Positions 59,143-64,000 of a stretch of 64,000 bases of DNA are shown one piece after another. The position numbers and the translations under genes were made by a program. The stretch lies in NCBI GenBank assembly GCA_965230295.1, contig OZ246001.1, positions 3,616,001-3,680,000 of the forward strand. The letters are read 5' to 3'. Each line of letters opens with the position of its first letter. The first letter of the stretch is position 1. Source of the stretch: Marinicella sp. GTDB taxonomy: Bacteria; Pseudomonadota; Gammaproteobacteria; Xanthomonadales; Marinicellaceae. The notes under the pieces are model-generated. The model was not told the DNA's origin. It searched no databases and saw only the letters and a list, made by a program, of their open reading frames with translations.

Positions 59143-59841
59143 ATGAAAAAAATAACTTTAATTTGTTTTTTGGTTTCTAATGCTTGCTGTGCTCAGATGT
59201 CTTTGATTGGTTTCCATGATCTCAATGAGGGTACCAAAAGTGAAAAAGTATTTTTAGAATACCTCAAGTTGGCAAGCCCAATCATGAAGAAATATGCAAT
59301 CAATTTACAACTTTTCAAAGTCCTGAACAGTTCAAAAAATTCAATTTCAGCTGACTATATCACTGTCAGTTCAGTTGATGACAAAAATGATGTATCGCGT
59401 TATCAGGATGATGAGTCCCACATTAAGCTAAAAGAAACGCTAAAAGACGCAATTGTTGATTATCATGTGATTTATAGCCCGGCAAGAATGAACGCATTCC
59501 CTGTAGATAAAACGGAGGTGTTGTTCAACATGATGTGGTTGAAGACTGATAATTCAGATACTTGGATCAAATACAATGATTTAAAAAATGAACTGTCTCG
59601 AAATTATAAAGATTTTGAAGTGTCAGTTTTATTAGACAGCATACCTACTGCTGCGTATGAAGGGTTAGATAGAAAAATCAAATCAAGTGATTATCCACAT
59701 GAAATCAGTTTCTATCATTTTAAAAACCCAGATCGATACTTCTCAGATCAAGCCATTCAAAAAACCAGTCGTGAAATGTTACCTTTGATTAAAAAGGGGA
59801 TGTCATATTGGATGGTTGTGCATGACTTTGATGATAAATAA
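59143..59841 (+). CDS. Exported hypothetical protein (possible dimeric alpha-beta barrel, DUF1330-like)
   Basis: MKK signal peptide; F.EY.K.A.PIMKKY and Y.DD..H..L.. patterns. Confidence 0.55.
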   Translation: MKKITLICFLVSNACCAQMSLIGFHDLNEGTKSEKVFLEYLKLASPIMKKYAINLQLFKVLNSSKNSISADYITVSSVDDKNDVSRYQDDESHIKLKETLKDAIVDYHVIYSPARMNAFPVDKTEVLFNMMWLKTDNSDTWIKYNDLKNELSRNYKDFEVSVLLDSIPTAAYEGLDRKIKSSDYPHEISFYHFKNPDRYFSDQAIQKTSREMLPLIKKGMSYWMVVHDFDDK

Positions 59842-60018
59842 TGATGTTCTGACCAGTATCACTGGTTTCACACACTGTTAAATCAATTCTGTATTTTGAG
59901 GGTATTATTTTCATTAAAACCTCAAAGATACTGTTGTTATTTATCAAGATGCCCAAGCAAGTAAGAAAAAGCACTGATGATGACACCCAAAATATTTTTT
60001 AAGATATCCTCATTATTT

Positions 60019-60591
60019 TTATTGAAACCCGTTACTGAAAATCAAATCTATGTCTTCGAACATGATGGATTGTGATAAAACAAAGTCATCTCCATTGACA
60101 GTCGGGTTTGAAGCATCAATGAACACTTGATTAAAGGGTTGGTCTCCAATTACCCCAAAGAAGCCAGTACTTACGTTTCCAAAGAAGGGGAAAATCACTG
60201 TTTCTTCTAATCCCTGCCCATCCCAGTTTCCCTTGATGGTAAGGCCTCGGCTGCTACTGACACTTCGCAGTTCAATACCAAAGGTAAAAACTGGTGCAGG
60301 TAAATCTATGACAATGGTTTCAAAACCTTCATTTCCGCCTGCATTGTAAATTCGAAAAGTCCACTCACCACCTGCAACTCGATTGTCAAGTAGTGTGCCC
60401 ATCGGAGCAGACCCTGTGATTGTCAATCCGGAGTCAAAAGATAAAACAGCTGCATCAGGCATATCAACTTGGAACTCTTCTGTAACAACATTATTATTGG
60501 CCGCAATCCACAGGTTTATATCTGAGAATACAGTTTCCGCAGATGAGTTATTCAAAGCCAGGATACCAGATATTAAAATGAGCTTTTTCAT
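60019..60591 (-). CDS. Small secreted beta-rich protein with C-terminal DLIFSNGFQ
   Basis: MKKLIL signal peptide with AGGGG RBS; IDLPAPVFTFGIEL and GFFGVIGD resemble passenger domains of PEP-CTERM-type proteins. Confidence 0.75.
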   Translation of the reverse strand: MKKLILISGILALNNSSAETVFSDINLWIAANNNVVTEEFQVDMPDAAVLSFDSGLTITGSAPMGTLLDNRVAGGEWTFRIYNAGGNEGFETIVIDLPAPVFTFGIELRSVSSSRGLTIKGNWDGQGLEETVIFPFFGNVSTGFFGVIGDQPFNQVFIDASNPTVNGDDFVLSQSIMFEDIDLIFSNGFQ

Positions 60592-60653
60592 AAACACCCC
60601 TTTCTAAAACTTACAATTAAATCAATTGAAGAATTGGTGTTGCTGAAATTAGA

Positions 60654-60685
60654 GGCTAATGGTGGATTTACAAATGCGAATGGTG
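60654..60685 (-). promoter_or_regulatory. LytTR-type direct-repeat boxes
   Basis: Minus strand CACCATTCGCA and CACCATTAGCC with a 21-bp period; similar to the AlgR-type ACCGTTCGTC box. Confidence 0.55.
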
Positions 60686-60711
60686 TCTATCAAACTAAAA
60701 TAGCATGTAAA

Positions 60712-61845
60712 ATGGTTAATATGTATTTGAAGAAAAATAGAAACTTGAATCCAAGTGTTATGACTGGGGTATTCATGTTATTACTTTTTATACCTTATTG
60801 GGTGTCCTATGCGGTCTTGGTTTACACTTCAAACAGGAACAGGCCTGGTTACGAAATTGAGGTTTTTGGTGCACTCGAATATGCATTTGTCTCTATGGGA
60901 TTGGCTTTTGCTTTTGGCCTGATAGGCTATATAAGAGTTTTCCATATAAAATTCAAACCCAGTTCTTTTTTAGCTGTTGCTACAGTTGAGCTGATTAACC
61001 TTTCAATATTTTTGGTGTTATGGATAGGGGTCACAGAATTCGTTTCGATGTACCTATTTTATGGATTTGATGCCAAAGAAATGGGGCTTATACCATTGCT
61101 GGGGTTTGTCATAGAAAATACTGGACGAGTATACAGTGGTGTTTTTTTATATTTTTCCTTTATGGGCATGATATATGCTTATAACTATTACAGGCGTCAG
61201 ATGTCAGCTTTAAAGAAAGCACGGGAAGCAGACCGGTTGGCAGCAGAACTCAAATTGAAATCCATCATGAACTATACACAACCACATTTCTTTTTTAACT
61301 GTATCAGTTCCATCAGTGAGCTTGTGCATATAGACGCTAAAAAAGCAGATGATGCGTTGCATAACCTGTCTGGGATTCTGCGATACTTAATAGATACCAA
61401 AAAACAATTACACAGTATTGCGGATGAAATGAATTTAACGCATAGATATATAGAGCTGCAGCGGCTGAGATTTGGAGAGAAAATAAAATATTCTGAAGAC
61501 ATAGACACAGACCTTATTGGGTTTGAGATACCGATATTGTCAATACAGTTATTGATAGAAAACTCAATCCAGCATGCAAAGAGTGGCATTAAATCTGATT
61601 CGATAAAAGCCAATGAAGAAACACACGTTCATCTCCAAATAATGAAAGATGAAAGAATCGTTACGATCACCGTATGTGACAATGGAGCCATTAATTCATT
61701 CAAACCTGCTAAAGGCAGCGGAATGTCAATGCTGGTTGAAAGGATCGAAGCAGTATATGAAGAATCATCTTTCAAACATGGTTTTATGGATAAAACTGTA
61801 ATGGGAAAACCTGGTTACCAGTCAGAAATTCATATTTACACATGA
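60712..61845 (+). CDS. LytS/YehU-type sensor histidine kinase
   Basis: Four TM segments; QPHFFFNCISSI, YIELQRLRFG, IQLLIENSIQH, VCDNG, GSGM; start uncertain (60712 or 60721). Confidence 0.9.
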   Translation: MVNMYLKKNRNLNPSVMTGVFMLLLFIPYWVSYAVLVYTSNRNRPGYEIEVFGALEYAFVSMGLAFAFGLIGYIRVFHIKFKPSSFLAVATVELINLSIFLVLWIGVTEFVSMYLFYGFDAKEMGLIPLLGFVIENTGRVYSGVFLYFSFMGMIYAYNYYRRQMSALKKAREADRLAAELKLKSIMNYTQPHFFFNCISSISELVHIDAKKADDALHNLSGILRYLIDTKKQLHSIADEMNLTHRYIELQRLRFGEKIKYSEDIDTDLIGFEIPILSIQLLIENSIQHAKSGIKSDSIKANEETHVHLQIMKDERIVTITVCDNGAINSFKPAKGSGMSMLVERIEAVYEESSFKHGFMDKTVMGKPGYQSEIHIYT

Positions 61846-62564
61846 AAATTAAACCAATTCATGCTGTAGTTGTAGAAGATGAGCATTTATCACGTCACCG
61901 CCTGTGTCGATTGATTAGAGAAGATGGCCGTATCAAACTCATTGGAGAATATGAGAATGCTGAAGAATTGTTCAGTAGTGATGAGTTGAACACAGCTGAC
62001 ATTTTATTCCTTGATATTAATTTGCCTGGCATGAACGGAATTGATTTGGCAAAAAAACTCAATGAAAAACAACTGGTGATTTATACCACAGCTTATCCTC
62101 AATATGCAGTTGATGCATTTTCTGTCAATGCCAGCGACTATCTCGTGAAACCCATCAGTCAGGAAGATGTCTCAAAATCGATCAAGCGTGCACTTTCCAT
62201 TCTTAAATTAAATTTCTTCTATGATAAAAACAAAAATCCGAAATACATATTTATCAAACATGGACTCAATAACATTAAAATTTATCATCAGGATATTTAT
62301 TGCATTAAATCTGATAACAACCATGTGAAAATCCATACTCATGAGCACGAGTACCTGATAAAAACGAGTCTTCAGTCATTAGAAGAAACCTTCAATGGTG
62401 ATGACTTCATGCGAACGCACAGGACTTGTATTGTTAACATCAACAAAATTCATAAAATCATTCCTTCAGGTTCAACGAAGGTGGCTGTATTAGACAATCA
62501 GACCATTGCTCCTTTATCCAGGGGATTTTGGTCAAAATACAGTCATTTACTCAATGATTTGTAA
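61842..62564 (+). CDS. LytR/AlgR-family response regulator
   Basis: VEDE, FLDINLPGMNG, TTAYPQYAVDAF, DYLVKP, FMRTHRTCIVN. Confidence 0.95.
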   Translation: MKIKPIHAVVVEDEHLSRHRLCRLIREDGRIKLIGEYENAEELFSSDELNTADILFLDINLPGMNGIDLAKKLNEKQLVIYTTAYPQYAVDAFSVNASDYLVKPISQEDVSKSIKRALSILKLNFFYDKNKNPKYIFIKHGLNNIKIYHQDIYCIKSDNNHVKIHTHEHEYLIKTSLQSLEETFNGDDFMRTHRTCIVNINKIHKIIPSGSTKVAVLDNQTIAPLSRGFWSKYSHLLNDL

Positions 62565-62935
62565 TGACATTTGATCAAGAAAACTAGCCCGCTCACACTG
62601 AGCATTTGATAATTGTCAATTCAGCTTCATTAATGAGATTATTTATCTGAGTTAACTGATCATATTCTATTTCCCATAACTTGCTTTCAATCATTTATCC
62701 CAGGCATATAAGAGTAATGGAGAGAACCCCATACTTTTTACGAAGCGATTAGTGTTGCTGTTGAATCATGCCTTTAATGTGCCTAATACTTTCATGCCTT
62801 AGCGAGCATATCAGTTAAATAATTAGTCGAATCTACTCTTCACATGCTTTGTCTGACAGTTGGCATTTATAAGAGAAATAAAAGTTAAAAGCCAGTGATA
62901 CCTTGGGTATGTCTTGATAGTTAAGAGGTGTGACT

Positions 62936-64000
62936 TTGAAACTCAAATATTTATTTCCATTAATTTTAGGCGCTTTTATTAATGATACCAATGGGGCTCA
63001 ATTTGTTCAAAATCTAGAATTTGATGGGAAAGATGAGCTACAGAAATATGATTTTGGTGCAAATAACAAAATCAGTTATCAGTATTCAAGTTTTGGAGTA
63101 CTGGACACGATACATTTAGTTAATAAAACTGCCGGTAATTCAGAACCATTGATCCGAAAAATTGAATACCATGCTGACGGAAGTATAAAGAAAATTCATC
63201 TTGGTGGAAGTGATTATCCAATTGTATTGAATGACATAGACAAAATTGGACGTTTAGTCTACAAAGCCACAAGTATCTTGGAAGAAGGTGCTTCGAGTAG
63301 GACCATGTTAGACAGAGTATATGGAATCATTAGAGATTCTTTTGGAAATATTTTGAACTTGAAAAAATGGGATTTATATCATGATAATGTATTAACTCGT
63401 TATATTTACTCTGACGAAAATCAGTTGATTAAGGTTATCGGTGATGAGCAAAACAGTTGGGGATATGTTTATGATATTAACGGCAACATCATTAGATCAG
63501 GTAAGTTAAATCCTCTTACCGAAACCATTGCCAGTGACTTCCAGGATTTTGGGCCTTACACACAAACAAACAACAGGGATGTTAATTTTGCATATGATGA
63601 TGAAGGGAGGATTATTAAAGATGATAAATTCATCTTTTCTTACAACAGAAACGGAAGGCTTGAGTGGATTAGAGAGATACATACAGGAGACTGGATTGAA
63701 CATTACCTATATGACGTGAATGGATATAGAGTTAGAAAGACTACGACAGATTATGTGATTTATTACAATCGTGATTTCAATGGAAGGGTAGTGCAAGCAA
63801 AAATGGTTTCTCAAACTGGAGAACAACTCAGTCAAATAAATAATTATTACCATGGAGGCAATTTATTATTTAGAGAAATAGAAACAAGCGACTCAACGGA
63901 AAGTCAGTGGTTTGCAAGTGACTATCTCCTTTCTAATGTGGTTTCATGGAATGATCAGGTCATCACCCAGCGCAAAACGTCTCCATATGGTGTTCAGAAT
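62936..64000 (+). CDS. RHS/YD-repeat protein, 3' truncated by window (absent from the ORF track)
   Basis: Stop-free frame of 355 codons from TTG 62936 (GAGG RBS): YHADGS, RDSFGN, YDINGN, YDDEGR, YNRNGR, YDVNGYRVRK, ...SPYG. Confidence 0.85.
   Translation, partial: MKLKYLFPLILGAFINDTNGAQFVQNLEFDGKDELQKYDFGANNKISYQYSSFGVLDTIHLVNKTAGNSEPLIRKIEYHADGSIKKIHLGGSDYPIVLNDIDKIGRLVYKATSILEEGASSRTMLDRVYGIIRDSFGNILNLKKWDLYHDNVLTRYIYSDENQLIKVIGDEQNSWGYVYDINGNIIRSGKLNPLTETIASDFQDFGPYTQTNNRDVNFAYDDEGRIIKDDKFIFSYNRNGRLEWIREIHTGDWIEHYLYDVNGYRVRKTTTDYVIYYNRDFNGRVVQAKMVSQTGEQLSQINNYYHGGNLLFREIETSDSTESQWFASDYLLSNVVSWNDQVITQRKTSPYGVQN

Noticed and set aside
62565-62935. 370-bp intergenic region before the RHS gene with short repeats (TCATGCCTT twice, CAGTT motifs)
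   Set aside because: The spacing does not match a 21-22 bp LytTR period, and no convincing structure or ORF was seen.

Overview
AT-rich gammaproteobacterial chromosome segment. The Marinicella-like assignment is an inference from gene style and a C-terminal D-L-I-F-x-[DN]-[DG]-F-[EQ] motif. The window opens with core genes (end of rplI, dnaB, alr) and then runs through mostly accessory genes. These include an NTT-like MFS transporter, a penicillin-acylase-family enzyme, hydrolases, and a CusCBA-type metal efflux operon headed by a Cys-rich ORF ending in RPP. Further on are a PTS-EIIC/EAL fusion, a beta-propeller dihaem protein, an Ig-repeat surface protein, an NAD-linked formate dehydrogenase with fdhD, a TetR-controlled Rieske oxygenase/reductase and a second RND pump. 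From about 39 kb to the end is a patchwork of secreted proteins, PD40 propellers, S41-like peptidases, LytTR regulators, a subtilisin with a possible inhibitor, three paralogous beta-barrel proteins and an RHS/YD protein cut by the window edge. Main leads: (1) a modular, heavily hairpinned non-coding element present as a 633-bp and a 221-bp copy, with covarying sub-modules; (2) a shared non-transmembrane C-terminal motif on unrelated secreted proteins, possibly an unnamed sorting signal; (3) a candidate metal-sensing ribosome-arrest leader upstream of cus; (4) LytTR-box-controlled divergent modules, one with an apparently catalytically dead S41 protein. No rRNA, tRNA, CRISPR array or intact transposase/integrase was seen. 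All calls are by eye; no database search was run.
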